A stretch of DNA of 64,000 bases from a virus (Duplodnaviria; Caudoviricetes). Location: the IMG/VR virus record IMGVR_UViG_3300033075_001196, positions 1-64,000 of that record; one strand, 5' to 3'. Positions 50,745 through 62,205 of this stretch are shown piece by piece; the first letter of the stretch is position 1; each line of letters begins with the position of its first letter. Under the pieces are notes generated by a model that worked only from the letters and a program-made list of their open reading frames with translations, was not told the origin of the DNA and searched no databases. Position numbers and translations under genes: made by a program.

Positions 50745-51307
50745 TAAAAATAAATATTTATTGTCCCTATTATAAAACCAATTGATAACATGGTACCAGA
50801 TTCTACAAATTCTCCAGTATCACAATTTGCTGCATCATAATTCATAAAATGAAATCCGATCAACAAATCATCGAAATTAAAAAACTCTACTTCAACACGC
50901 ATTTATTATTATTTTATTCTTGCAATAATAAATTTACTGTCATTTGTTATTAATGTTGTGTCAGCTATAACGATATGCTGTCTAGGATCGTTAACAAAAT
51001 TTGCTGGATCAATTAATGCATCACTATATAATGCCGCGAACCAATACTTCTTACCTTTATACTTTCCTTTTTTAACAACTCCAGGAATTACTGTACCTTT
51101 TACTACTTTTAGAGTGTCTCCCCAAACTACGTTTTGTAGACTATCACATGGAGTAAGTGACATTTGAATTGGAATAGAAGTTCTGGCTAATAATTGATCA
51201 TTGGCTAAACTATCATCTTTCTGACAGAATGTTAGGAATATACTAACCAATGCAATTGTGCATATTGTTAATATAGTTGAATTTTTTTTATTTAATTGTA
51301 TCATAAT

Positions 51308-51616
51308 TTATTGTTCTATTTGTTGTTCTTTACTAGCTTCTGGTTTATATCTAAATTTACCTAAAATGTTTCTAATTGAATTCATCGTCATTCGAGCCAT
51401 TTCTGGATCCTTAGATTGCATTTTAGACAACCATCTATATAGATCCGATTTCATTGATTCTGGATTCATCCAATGCTGATCAATGTTAGACACTAAAGGA
51501 TCTTCATTTACAGGTTCTGTTGGTTCTTGTACTTGTTTTGGTTGAGGGGGTTGAACTTGTTGTGCTTGTTCTTCCTCTTCTTCTAACAATCTTTTGTATA
51601 TTTTTGAAAATTTCAT
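51308..51616 (-). CDS. Possible internal virion protein
   Basis: Late motif; MKFSKIYKRLLEE. Confidence 0.5.
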   Translation of the reverse strand: MKFSKIYKRLLEEEEEQAQQVQPPQPKQVQEPTEPVNEDPLVSNIDQHWMNPESMKSDLYRWLSKMQSKDPEMARMTMNSIRNILGKFRYKPEASKEQQIEQ

Positions 51617-51650
51617 TAAAGCTCCAATTCCTTTTTATAATAAATATAAT

Positions 51651-51917
51651 TTAAATGAAATAATCATTAGGAATCTTTTGTATATCTTTTTTCTTTAATA
51701 CCTTTGCCTTCAAATTATACCGGCCATAAATATTAATTAATATCAATGCACTCGACAATGTAGCGTGGCTCCAATTTGATATCAAATAATCATACCAAAT
51801 CCAACCAATATCTCCAATGATCCATATATACAATGCTAAAACATATTGCTTTCTAGCATTTAATGCAAAGCCCACTAATATTGCAACTGTACATGCCCAG
51901 CCTAAAATTTGTATCAT
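51651..51917 (-). CDS. Small PnuC-like membrane protein
   Basis: Three TM segments; WIIGD..W; NIYG. Confidence 0.5.
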   Translation of the reverse strand: MIQILGWACTVAILVGFALNARKQYVLALYIWIIGDIGWIWYDYLISNWSHATLSSALILINIYGRYNLKAKVLKKKDIQKIPNDYFI

Positions 51918-52852
51918 AAATTATCTAATTGTTCTGTAAATATATTCTTCATTCTTGGTGCAAAGTGTCTACAATGGAAATATCTATCATATATTTCTTT
52001 AGATTGTTCTGATATATGATGATGTAAAGAATCATTTTTTAATATTGTTATTTTATTAACTGCTGATTCAATATCATCTACATCTACAGATAAATCTGGA
52101 AACAATATTCTCTGAGTATCTACTTTAATATTTCCAATGCATGGTATTCCTAAATAACCACAATTTAAACTAAAAGTGCCGGCAGCTACTGTGGGCATCA
52201 TATGTACTCCTATTTTAAAACTACTTAGATTATGAATCCAATCTCTCCAATTCATATAAGGTAAATGTTTTAAATCAGATATTTGTTCTTCCCCAGCAAC
52301 TTTTCTTCCCATCGATGGAGCATATATTGGTTGTTTATAATTTTTAGCTACAAGATATGAAACCATACCACCATACCAAGCACACATGTTTCCACCTATA
52401 ATAACACCTGACCGGTGGGTTGATGGTTTAATTTGCATTAAATTAAGACCATCTTCCACCATTACTGATGGCATTATGTATACTCTGTTTACTAGTCCTT
52501 TATAGTATTTTAAATCCGATTCATTGTGGCATAATATAAAATCAGCCTGTTTAATTAAACTGAGATATTGAATTTGATTTGGTAATGAATAATCTGCCCA
52601 ATAATTACATGGACCTTCCTGCATGATCGCAACTTTGTGGCATAGCTTCTTTATTTTTTCAAATGGAACATCTATCTTATTCTTCGGTACAATTATAATT
52701 CCAATATCATATTTAATGGATTCAGAAAATTCATACATATAATAATGATCTGCATCCAATAAATGGATCCATGCAAGATCAGTTCTCATGTTTGGGTTGT
52801 TTCTATCAACCTTTCCATAATATCTTCCTTCAGTAAAAAATGCTATTTTCAT
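51914..52852 (-). CDS. GT-B fold glycosyltransferase
   Basis: AAGTFSLNCGYLGIPCIG. Confidence 0.7.
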   Translation of the reverse strand: MKIAFFTEGRYYGKVDRNNPNMRTDLAWIHLLDADHYYMYEFSESIKYDIGIIIVPKNKIDVPFEKIKKLCHKVAIMQEGPCNYWADYSLPNQIQYLSLIKQADFILCHNESDLKYYKGLVNRVYIMPSVMVEDGLNLMQIKPSTHRSGVIIGGNMCAWYGGMVSYLVAKNYKQPIYAPSMGRKVAGEEQISDLKHLPYMNWRDWIHNLSSFKIGVHMMPTVAAGTFSLNCGYLGIPCIGNIKVDTQRILFPDLSVDVDDIESAVNKITILKNDSLHHHISEQSKEIYDRYFHCRHFAPRMKNIFTEQLDNL

Positions 52853-53370
52853 TTATTTTTAGTTATTGCAATGCCATCAATATTAATATCCTTAAATTCA
52901 ATTTCGCTTACTCTATATCCAGAAGGGAGATGATTTTTTGCAATTTGCCTATATATCATATTTTTTTGATCATCTCCTGTTAATTCCCCCAATTTAGAAA
53001 TAGAACCAACACAGTATATATTTTGATATGCTGATAATTTACTATCATTTTTTATTATAGTTTCAATTATTATATCAGTAACAGTCTTTAGTATTTTAAT
53101 CAAATATTTATAGTCTGATTTTCTATACTGAGTATCTTCGCCTGAAATAGAATATTGAATATTATATCCTATTATTTCTTTAGTATTAATCAAAACTGGA
53201 GGATATTTGATTGATCCTTCAAAATCTTCTATTTTTTCAAATGATACTAAAACTTTATCTAATTCAGATTCGAATTCAGTCGTCAATGAAACTACATTAA
53301 ATGGATATGATTCAATTTTAGTAAAATCAATTGTTTCTAATAATAGTTTACTTAATTTTTTTATTTTCAT
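52849..53370 (-). CDS. Hypothetical protein
   Basis: MKIKKLSKLLLE N-terminus. Confidence 0.6.
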   Translation of the reverse strand: MKIKKLSKLLLETIDFTKIESYPFNVVSLTTEFESELDKVLVSFEKIEDFEGSIKYPPVLINTKEIIGYNIQYSISGEDTQYRKSDYKYLIKILKTVTDIIIETIIKNDSKLSAYQNIYCVGSISKLGELTGDDQKNMIYRQIAKNHLPSGYRVSEIEFKDINIDGIAITKNK

Positions 53371-53918
53371 ACTATCATTAATATTTTTTTATGCACAATT
53401 GCTGCCCATTCATATAATTCATTTTTGGCCAAAACTTCTCTGAATGCGATTAACTCTTCCTTGCAAGTTGCTAATGCTAAAAATTCATAGAATTCTTCAT
53501 CACAAGAAATTAATGCTCCAGGATCATCCAATAACATTTGGTATGAGTCTTCAAGATCCTCAATACTAAATCCTTCTTCAAAAAAATCATTATCAATCAT
53601 AAAGGTAAGTTATAGTTTTCAATTAACCAAATTTATTCAACCAAATGATCAACAAATTTTATCATTTGACCGTGGGTTTCGGATTTGTCAGTCCAATCGC
53701 GTATATTAATCATATTGTTCATTTCATATACTAAAACCTTTTTCCACATTTTTTCTATAAGTAAAGCATCTCCCTTAACTTCAACAACTATTCCTGTTTT
53801 TTCCTTTAACAATGCAGCCAATGCTTGAGTAAATACTAGAGCTGAATATAATCTTTCGTCCGTAGTGTCCACATCTTTGTCTGGTCTACAATAATTTTTA
53901 CCTAGTGTTTTGTTCATA

Positions 53919-54593
53919 TTACATATCTTTTATAAATGAATGTTCTAATTTGACACCATTAGATAATTGTCCAATTAAATTTCTACAATAATTAAAAAAG
54001 TTTTCATTCCATGCGTTATCATGTCTCCCATGAATATGAGATAATATAAATAAGTTTGCACCCATTCCAGGAAATTGGTTTGGAGGAAAATAGTCTGTTA
54101 CATTGATCGTTCTACAAGGCCATAACAAATTATTATTATGTGTTGGGTGAATTACTGCAATTTCAAATTCATTACCAATAATCCTTGCAGAATTTCTTGA
54201 AGTTAACCAACCTGGAGATTTCCAAATCTTTGGTGTAAGATCACATTGCCACCACTCTTGTTTGATTTGATAAACTAATTCTGATATTTGGCTTGGAGAA
54301 TTTTGTTCTGCAAATTCACATTCACCCCAAATATTTTGATCTGAGGTATTATGATAATATCCATGGGCTCCGAATTCAATGTATGGTAATGATTTTAATT
54401 CATTGATCCATTCTTTATTTTCAGATAATCTTGCACCACCATGATGGTTTGCTGGGACAAATAATGAAATCTTTACACCAAATTCATTATGTAATTGTGA
54501 CAAATATTTTTCTGTTGGTTCTCCCAAAATCCGCCATCCTTTTTTTGGATTGGCGTCATCGATAGAAATGTTTAGTTTATATAAATTTTCCAT
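53919..54593 (-). CDS. Polysaccharide deacetylase-like (CE4/DUF2334)
   Basis: ISIDD, HGYYH, KSPGW. Confidence 0.8.
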   Translation of the reverse strand: MENLYKLNISIDDANPKKGWRILGEPTEKYLSQLHNEFGVKISLFVPANHHGGARLSENKEWINELKSLPYIEFGAHGYYHNTSDQNIWGECEFAEQNSPSQISELVYQIKQEWWQCDLTPKIWKSPGWLTSRNSARIIGNEFEIAVIHPTHNNNLLWPCRTINVTDYFPPNQFPGMGANLFILSHIHGRHDNAWNENFFNYCRNLIGQLSNGVKLEHSFIKDM

Positions 54594-54594
54594 A

Positions 54595-55203
54595 TTAATT
54601 AATCAATGATTTTGGTATTTCATCTTTTAAAATAGTTTTCTTGAATACTAAATTACCAGCAACATGAAATATTACAATTCCTTCTGGTTTCATAAATCCT
54701 GGAGATGCATAACTTCCATGAAGTTCTAATTGTTTCAAGACTTCATCAATTTTAACAGTATCAAACATTCCCCTATATATTTCTGGCACTACATGGCAAC
54801 AGGATGGCCTGGTATCGGTTCCAGAATCTCCCCATCTAGAAACATTAAATAAACTAAATCTCTTTTCTCCTTTTGGCAAATCATAACCACATTGAATTCC
54901 AGATCCCCACCATTCACCAAAATGGTGACCTTCACCTAAATTAAATAAATCATCTGAATGCGCTGCACACCAAGTGGCAAATCCATGATTATCATCTTTT
55001 GGAGTTATCCATTTAGTTCTGCTTCCTATTCTCATAGTATACCCATCCTTTCTCGCGATTATTTCAGGGGAATCAGCAACAGCCACTTCCTCTAAATCTA
55101 TATGCTGAATGAAGATAGATGCATTTGTACCATCTATTTTTTCAGTAATAATCATTTCCCTAGTTAATCTAGGCATCTTTGGAAATTCTCTAAATTTTAT
55201 CAT
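54595..55203 (-). CDS. ATP-dependent RNA ligase (Rnl2-like nucleotidyltransferase)
   Basis: EKIDGTNA, GSR, FGEW, EGIV, terminal KK. Confidence 0.85.
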   Translation of the reverse strand: MIKFREFPKMPRLTREMIITEKIDGTNASIFIQHIDLEEVAVADSPEIIARKDGYTMRIGSRTKWITPKDDNHGFATWCAAHSDDLFNLGEGHHFGEWWGSGIQCGYDLPKGEKRFSLFNVSRWGDSGTDTRPSCCHVVPEIYRGMFDTVKIDEVLKQLELHGSYASPGFMKPEGIVIFHVAGNLVFKKTILKDEIPKSLIN

Positions 55204-56171
55204 ATGTATTTTATAATTGACCCGTCATTTTGATAATATGTTACTCCTTTTATAGTAGTTTCTCCAGTACCAATTCTGTGAGTTGCCACATAATGTTCTG
55301 AGTATCGTGCTATTGTATCATTAAATCCAGATTGATAAGATATGTTAAATTTTGCTTTAGATTTAATATACCATTGAGTTCTTAAATCACAGTTTTCTAT
55401 ATGTTTAAAATTTATAAAAGTTTCTGGGCTTATATTAAATATATCTGCCCAATAAGTTTCTTCAATGGGAAATGATGAATAATAAAATATTGGATAATCT
55501 TTATTGAATCCCTTTTCTTTAATTGTTTTAATTAAATTTTGAATGCTTTTATCATTCTTATCCCAACAATGATTTAAATGTTCTAATCTTGAAGCAAATA
55601 ATATACACCCAAATTCTCTTCCATTTGTATGTTGGTGAATTATAGTGTTGCCATGCAATTCTTCCTCGGGACTAAAATATATATTTGGTCTAGTGTCAAC
55701 TGAATTAATTTCTTCATCACTGAATCCAAAGTATCTCAAAATTTGCTCAACTAAAGGCTCATTTTCAAACCTTTGACATCTTTCATGATCGCAATAAACA
55801 CTACTAAATTGCCCAGGTTCTAATGGTTTAACATATGGATTATTTTTAAATACTAAACTAACACTTTCGGCTGGATCAGATCCTTCATATGTCCAATTTT
55901 TAGATTCAGGAAATGTTTTTCTAATCCAATTTGGAGTTGGAATATAACAATCCATATTAGGATATTTAACTTTCAATACCTCAGGCAGTGCAGATATTAT
56001 GCCCCAATCACCAATACTAAAACAACATCTTGTAAATGGAAAGTATTTACTACTTTGAAGCGCTTCCTGAATTGTTGGGCTAGCTAAATTTGGATATGAA
56101 ATTCCTAACTTGTCTACATATCCATGTGCTACTACACCATCGTTTTCTATTGTATACCGTACCATCGTCAT
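55200..56171 (-). CDS. GT9-like glycosyltransferase
   Basis: IGDW...LK.KYP; NNPYV; SGF. Confidence 0.55.
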   Translation of the reverse strand: MTMVRYTIENDGVVAHGYVDKLGISYPNLASPTIQEALQSSKYFPFTRCCFSIGDWGIISALPEVLKVKYPNMDCYIPTPNWIRKTFPESKNWTYEGSDPAESVSLVFKNNPYVKPLEPGQFSSVYCDHERCQRFENEPLVEQILRYFGFSDEEINSVDTRPNIYFSPEEELHGNTIIHQHTNGREFGCILFASRLEHLNHCWDKNDKSIQNLIKTIKEKGFNKDYPIFYYSSFPIEETYWADIFNISPETFINFKHIENCDLRTQWYIKSKAKFNISYQSGFNDTIARYSEHYVATHRIGTGETTIKGVTYYQNDGSIIKYI

Positions 56172-56673
56172 TCAATTTTAATTTATAAAGTAATGAAGTT
56201 GCCTTAACAATATCTTTATACATTCTTCTAAAAATTATTTTTTTCTCAACTAGTTTAAATCCCAATTTCTCGTATATGTGAATCGCTCTAAAATTAGTAG
56301 ACAACACTTCTAACCATAGTTCTTTTCTTTTGGTAATAGTATATATAAATGGAAAGAACTCTTTGTAGGCCCTCTGAGAATAGCCCAGACCTTGAAATTT
56401 TGGTTCAATATCCATACCAATATATAATTTATCATCTACAATAGAAGTTCTGATATATCCAATTGGATATTTTGTGTGTAATCCAACTCCGATTCTGTGA
56501 TGTATATAAATTATATACCACTTCAATGAATCCTTATTTTTAAGATACCACTGCTCAACATCAGAATAAGAATATATTGTTGGGTCATGTAAATATTTTG
56601 CAGTAGCCCTTCTGACTTCGGCGATATAATTTAAATCATTATACTCTATTAATTTAAATGATATATCATTCAT
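56080..56673 (-). CDS. GNAT N-acetyltransferase (PseH-like)
   Basis: FQGLGY; LEVLSTNFRAIHIYEKLGF. Confidence 0.85.
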   Translation of the reverse strand: MNDISFKLIEYNDLNYIAEVRRATAKYLHDPTIYSYSDVEQWYLKNKDSLKWYIIYIHHRIGVGLHTKYPIGYIRTSIVDDKLYIGMDIEPKFQGLGYSQRAYKEFFPFIYTITKRKELWLEVLSTNFRAIHIYEKLGFKLVEKKIIFRRMYKDIVKATSLLYKLKLNDDGTVYNRKRWCSSTWICRQVRNFISKFS

Positions 56674-57418
56674 ACATTGCTTGTAATTTTGGATATATAA
56701 TATCAGTCAAATCTTCTGCATGTTGTTGAAAATATCTGAAATTTGAAATTAATTGATTTCTATCAACTAGGTGTTCAACTCCAAATAATTTAGCTTTGTC
56801 AGATTCTGGAATTCTATCTTGAATTTGTAATTTTCTTTTAATTATTGATTCATTGAATGGAGAATATCCATACCAACAAATTAAACAATCAGTAACATTC
56901 TTTTTAGTAAAATGTCTTCCTGTTGGATAGAATGGCATATTTAAATGTAATGATCTGGCTTTTCTAATTAGAAAGAATTCTTCTTCCCTATTTATATTAA
57001 TACCATTCATTCTTTGACCAACCAACGATTCTCCAGGAAATTCTAATTCTGTAAATTCATTATTTATTGAATCAATCATTGGATAGACAGGAATTAGGTA
57101 TTGATCCCAATCATAAGTTTCAATCATTTTTTTAACATTACCTACTAAAAATTCTGTAATAGTTAATGCAATTTTATATCCCTCGGTTGCCCATTCAATT
57201 CTAATTACTTCTTCATCACAGTTCTTGGCATTAAATTCTTTATTAATGCTAGTAATGATATTTTCCTTTGGATAGTGTTTTAATATAATTTCATTTGATC
57301 TATCTGTTGAATGATGATCAATGAATATTATGTTATCAAATATTCGTTTATGATGTTCTATCCAATAAGGCAATAAATATTCCTCATTATAGTAATGACA
57401 GATGCAAGTTAATTTCAT
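56666..57418 (-). CDS. GT2-like glycosyltransferase
   Basis: YNEEYLLPYWIEHH; IDHHSTDRS. Confidence 0.75.
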   Translation of the reverse strand: MKLTCICHYYNEEYLLPYWIEHHKRIFDNIIFIDHHSTDRSNEIILKHYPKENIITSINKEFNAKNCDEEVIRIEWATEGYKIALTITEFLVGNVKKMIETYDWDQYLIPVYPMIDSINNEFTELEFPGESLVGQRMNGININREEEFFLIRKARSLHLNMPFYPTGRHFTKKNVTDCLICWYGYSPFNESIIKRKLQIQDRIPESDKAKLFGVEHLVDRNQLISNFRYFQQHAEDLTDIIYPKLQAMYE

Positions 57419-57419
57419 T

Positions 57420-58646
57420 TTAGTTTCTTACCTCTACTTTTGGAAAATATTTAATATAAAGATCCCTTGCGTCAACACTTCTAACTTGCATAATTCTTTT
57501 TTTAATTTCATCATAAAAATTCCAAGCTAGAGGTATTATAATAACTGGATCATTATTTTCTTGTTTCAATTTATCAATTCCATATATTGGAATATTTCCT
57601 CCTGGAGTATATAAACCTTGTTTTAATTCATTATCATCTATTATATAATCCAATTTTAATCCGAAATAATTTAAAGCAGTCATACCCTTTGCTGCAGCAC
57701 CATATCCAATAAATCTTCTATTTCCATACATTTGTGTTACGCCAATTAAATCACCTTTAATTTTAAAAACATTGTTGGCATACTTATGATATGTATTAAA
57801 ATCATATAATCCAGAGGCTGCTTCCAATTTTAATAAATTATCAACCCGATACCAATTGTCTTGTTTCTTTTTAATAACAAATATATAGGAATTACCATGA
57901 ATTGGAGTTTTAATAACATCAACTAAACATAATGTTTCAGTTCTACCAATTAATGTGTTCATTGAATTGATATTAAAGAATGAAATATGTTCATGATATA
58001 TTGTATCGAACTCATTATTCTTTATCATATCAGCCTGAGATACTTGTATATATAATGTACCATCACAGTGAAGATATTGTTCACATTTCTTTAAGAATTC
58101 TAAAGGATTTGAATTATGAGCAAATACATTTTGTGCTATAATACAATCAAAATGCCAAAAGTATCTTGATCCATTTGGTTTAGTAAATTTAAAATCTTTA
58201 TTAAAATATTGACTTTCAATATAATGTCGTTTAAGAGCAGCAACGGAGGCCAAATTTTTTGATGGCTCAATTCCTACAATTGTTCTAACTTTATTCTTTG
58301 CAAATTCATCCAATTGGCTTCCATCATTACATCCAATATCTAAAACAGTTTCAATACCTGGATTTTCAGTCAATACATAATTCGCAAACCATTTGAAATA
58401 TTGTTTTAAAGTATCAGTTGTTCCACTAACATACTTATAATCTGTAAACATTAGTTCAGGATTAACTGCAATGGATAATTGGCAATGGAAACAATTCTGG
58501 CATACATTTAATTGTAATGGATACTTTGGTAGTTCCTTTGTATTGTCATGAAAATTATTAGCTAAAGGTTGATCTCCTAGATTAATAACCTCCTTCAGAT
58601 CTTCTGATCCACAACATAAACAATTTTTTAATTCTACGAAGGCCAT
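57420..58646 (-). CDS. NDP-hexose C-methyltransferase
   Basis: Zn finger, LDIGCNDG, FDTIYHEH, HG.S, YGAAAKG, LAWNF. Confidence 0.92.
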   Translation of the reverse strand: MAFVELKNCLCCGSEDLKEVINLGDQPLANNFHDNTKELPKYPLQLNVCQNCFHCQLSIAVNPELMFTDYKYVSGTTDTLKQYFKWFANYVLTENPGIETVLDIGCNDGSQLDEFAKNKVRTIVGIEPSKNLASVAALKRHYIESQYFNKDFKFTKPNGSRYFWHFDCIIAQNVFAHNSNPLEFLKKCEQYLHCDGTLYIQVSQADMIKNNEFDTIYHEHISFFNINSMNTLIGRTETLCLVDVIKTPIHGNSYIFVIKKKQDNWYRVDNLLKLEAASGLYDFNTYHKYANNVFKIKGDLIGVTQMYGNRRFIGYGAAAKGMTALNYFGLKLDYIIDDNELKQGLYTPGGNIPIYGIDKLKQENNDPVIIIPLAWNFYDEIKKRIMQVRSVDARDLYIKYFPKVEVRN

Positions 58647-59596
58647 ATAGAGTTTTTTAATTCAGATTTTAATATATCATTACATAAATCACGCCATAAA
58701 AGATGATCTTCACTAAATGATTGAGATGTTGGATGAACAAACTTAGTAAGAAACTTCATATGATTAATTTTAAAATCATATGGAATGTTTTTTGATTTAT
58801 CAAAATCAGTAGGATTGTGTATAATTACGTCTTTAACATTAATATTCAGTGAAATTAATGTATATGCTACATTTTTTGCTATATTCAATACAGTATCATT
58901 AGTTGAAGCAACATTATATATTCCACCCAAATTTGGATTATCATTATATAATATGCATTTAATTCCAACTATTAAATCTTGCATTGCAAGAATTGGTCTA
59001 TGTACATTTGGATTAGTTACATGAATGTTTCCTGACTTAACGGCCGATTTAACCATTGAATTGGCCATTAAGTCCCACCGCATATTTGGAGAATATCCAT
59101 TTACTGTACCAAATCTGAGCCCATATATTTCAAAACAATTCATGTATCTTGACGCAATAAGATCTCCCATCTGCTTAGTAGCATCATAATTATTAATAGG
59201 GTTTCCTAATAAATCGGATTCATTTGAATATGTTGATTCATTATATTGACGTGCAGAATACACTGATGAACTACTAGCATAAATTAATTTAATTCCACTA
59301 GAGTCAATTTTGTGCAATAACCTTTGGAATTTAGCTACATTTTGATTATAACTTTCATTAAAATCTGCACAAGATGAGACTGAAGAATTTCCTGCCAATA
59401 ATATTATAGTATCAGCCCATTTCAATTGAGTTATTAACAAATCATCATAATCTGATACTATAGTTTTTATATTAGTTTTTGAAGATGGTGGATATCTATC
59501 ACACCCCATAACTTCAAATTCAGAACTTAATGCTTCAGCCAAAGCTGATCCAATATAACCATTAGATCCTATAATTAAAACTTTTTCACTTTTCAT
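58634..59596 (-). CDS. NAD-dependent epimerase/dehydratase
   Basis: GSNGYIG, ASSSSVY, YDATK, LRFGTV.G. Confidence 0.9.
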   Translation of the reverse strand: MKSEKVLIIGSNGYIGSALAEALSSEFEVMGCDRYPPSSKTNIKTIVSDYDDLLITQLKWADTIILLAGNSSVSSCADFNESYNQNVAKFQRLLHKIDSSGIKLIYASSSSVYSARQYNESTYSNESDLLGNPINNYDATKQMGDLIASRYMNCFEIYGLRFGTVNGYSPNMRWDLMANSMVKSAVKSGNIHVTNPNVHRPILAMQDLIVGIKCILYNDNPNLGGIYNVASTNDTVLNIAKNVAYTLISLNINVKDVIIHNPTDFDKSKNIPYDFKINHMKFLTKFVHPTSQSFSEDHLLWRDLCNDILKSELKNSIWPS

Positions 59597-59829
59597 AATA
59601 TAAAGATATAATTAAATATTCAATTAACCAAATTATTCTTCTAAATCGATTTTCTTATTTTTTTGTCTATTATACTTACTAATACAATATGAACAACGAC
59701 AATTTTCTTCTACCTGATGATTTTTTAATTTTCCAATCATTGGCTCATCCATCCAATCTGTAGATTTGAGAGCCTTGAGTCTTTGTTTTTGTTTTTTCTT
59801 TGCAAGTTCGTTTCGCTCACCCTTGTCCA

Positions 59830-61032
59830 TTACCAGCCACTTTTAATTGTGTTAGAAATATATTCTACTTGTTCTGGTGTAACCCACCATCCAACTGGAA
59901 TGCAGATCATATCTTTAGTTACCATTTCCAAATTTGGCAAATTATCAGAATGAATATTATATTGTTTTAATCCTGAATGTAAATCATTTCTTTCATGAAC
60001 CCTTGACGTGATTATTCCCGCATCATGCATTTTTTTCATAAATCCAGCTCTATTACCAACCCTCATTGTATATAACCAATATGATGATTTTCTATCAGGT
60101 GCATTTTCTAATAAAGTGACGCCTGCAGTATTTTTTAATGATTTATTATAAAATTCAGCATTGAGTTGATGTTTACTAACTATAGTTTTCATGTTCTTTA
60201 AATTTTCAATTCCAATTGATGCATTGACATCATTCATATGAAATTTAAATCCAATTTCTGGAATATCTTGTTCACATCTAAAATCAGTCCGAGGCGTATC
60301 TCTATCAATACCATACCATCTAATCAATTTAGCGGCTTTAGTAAATTCAACAAATGGACTACCTATGAATCCACCATCTACTGTTGTAAGATGCTTTATT
60401 GCTTGTGTACTAAATGTAGATAAATTTCCAGTAAATCCAACATTGTAATCTTTATATGTTGATCCAAATGCATGAGCACAATCCTCAACAATTAAAATTT
60501 TATGTCCAAAATGTTTTTCTGCCTTATTAACTATTGATGACAGTTTATCCATATCAACTGGATATCCACCCCAATGTACAATTGTTATAATTCTAGTATG
60601 TTCATTTATTAATCGTTCAACTGATTCCAACGATATATTCATTGTCATCGGATCAATATCCGCCCATATTAATTTTAAATTATTATGTAGAATTGGCCAA
60701 TTTGTAGCAGTGCACGTCAATGGAGTAGAAATTACTTCACTTTTATGATCTAATCCACCCCATTTAAAATCTGTTGATGCATATTCATAATATGTTGTCA
60801 ATTTTCTATCCTTTTTCAACATATGATATATCAAATGTTCAGCTGACGTTGCAGAATTACATGTAATAGTATCATATATACAAAACGGTTTTGAAAAGTA
60901 ACTATTTAAATCCTTTTCAAATTGTTTTACTTTTGGTCCTTCACCAATATAACCACTGTTTAGAACGTCAAAAGCGGCAGCTGCTGCAGCTGAAGACATA
61001 TATACTTTAAATAATGGAATTTCATTTTTCAT
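59830..61032 (-). CDS. DegT/DnrJ/EryC1/StrS sugar aminotransferase
   Basis: EDCAHAFG; QAIKHLTTVDGG. Confidence 0.92.
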   Translation of the reverse strand: MKNEIPLFKVYMSSAAAAAAFDVLNSGYIGEGPKVKQFEKDLNSYFSKPFCIYDTITCNSATSAEHLIYHMLKKDRKLTTYYEYASTDFKWGGLDHKSEVISTPLTCTATNWPILHNNLKLIWADIDPMTMNISLESVERLINEHTRIITIVHWGGYPVDMDKLSSIVNKAEKHFGHKILIVEDCAHAFGSTYKDYNVGFTGNLSTFSTQAIKHLTTVDGGFIGSPFVEFTKAAKLIRWYGIDRDTPRTDFRCEQDIPEIGFKFHMNDVNASIGIENLKNMKTIVSKHQLNAEFYNKSLKNTAGVTLLENAPDRKSSYWLYTMRVGNRAGFMKKMHDAGIITSRVHERNDLHSGLKQYNIHSDNLPNLEMVTKDMICIPVGWWVTPEQVEYISNTIKSGW

Positions 61033-61727
61033 TTTGAAATATTTAAATAAAAATTATTTTGTTTAATTTGCTTTGCAAATGTCTTTTGATGTATTAAGCT
61101 GAATTTTCTATTAGATGTAACATCTTTAATATCTGCTGTTCCAATTACAGTAGCCCGTTTATAACCTGTTATTTTTTCATGGACATGTCCAGTCCATTTA
61201 ATTCTTTTTAAATTTTTAAAAATCCTCAGTTGTAAATCAGGCCAATTTATAATTGGTTCACCTTCATATTGATTGGAATGATCTACATTCCATCCAATTG
61301 ATTGGGCATATGATAACTCTAAATTAGAAACTGTATTGACTCTTGGTAACCAAAAGGCTTCAATATCTGGATTTTCTTGTATTATATCATGAATTAATAA
61401 CAAATATGTTCCTAAATTTTCATCAGCATCAATCTGGAAAATATATTCCTTCGTACATTCTAATTTTAAATTGTTTTTAAAAGATGCAAAATCCCCATTA
61501 AGTGGAAACATAATGTGAGATATAAATGGATATTCATGTTGTAATTCTTCTATTAATTCTCTAACTTTTAAAGTAGAATTCGTTTCATCAACCTGAATAA
61601 CTATTTCATCATGTTGTTTGACAAATGGAATCAATTGTTTTATCAATGATTTTAATTCATCATGTTCATCACACACCGTAATTGCAAATGATATGGATGG
61701 TATTTTATTTTTGATCATCTTCTTCAA
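61029..61727 (-). CDS. GT2 glycosyltransferase
   Basis: IDADE, WPD.Q.R, VHE. Confidence 0.85.
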   Translation of the reverse strand: MKKMIKNKIPSISFAITVCDEHDELKSLIKQLIPFVKQHDEIVIQVDETNSTLKVRELIEELQHEYPFISHIMFPLNGDFASFKNNLKLECTKEYIFQIDADENLGTYLLLIHDIIQENPDIEAFWLPRVNTVSNLELSYAQSIGWNVDHSNQYEGEPIINWPDLQLRIFKNLKRIKWTGHVHEKITGYKRATVIGTADIKDVTSNRKFSLIHQKTFAKQIKQNNFYLNISK

Positions 61728-62205
61728 CTAAACTATTGTATAAATCAAATGCCTCTTCAAATTGTATTTTATCAAAAACTTTAATGGGAACATTATTTAC
61801 TTTAAATAGACCCATTTCTTCTTTTCCATTTACTACGATTGGCAGATTAACCACAAAATGCGTGTTAATATCTTCTTTATCTTTCAATTTTTCTACTTTT
61901 GATACACCCCATTTGAATCCTTGAATTTGATCAGCAATTGGAAATAGTACCCCGGAATGTTTAAACGCCAAGATTGGATACCATATATTACCAGTAACAG
62001 TATCAATGAATTTAAATGGTAATATGTATGCAGGCAATTGATTTTCCAATTCCTGAATGGCTTCTGGTGAATTAATTGTCCACACATCTTTCATGTTTTG
62101 GTAACCTGTACCTAAATCCATTCTATATGAGTCCTCAACTAGAACGGTTAATTCTCCAGTTATTGGAGAAAACTCATCGAATGAATCCTTTACTTCTTCT
62201 CTCAT
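61705..62205 (-). CDS. Hypothetical protein
   Basis: 166-aa ORF within GT operon. Confidence 0.65.
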   Translation of the reverse strand: MREEVKDSFDEFSPITGELTVLVEDSYRMDLGTGYQNMKDVWTINSPEAIQELENQLPAYILPFKFIDTVTGNIWYPILAFKHSGVLFPIADQIQGFKWGVSKVEKLKDKEDINTHFVVNLPIVVNGKEEMGLFKVNNVPIKVFDKIQFEEAFDLYNSLVEEDDQK

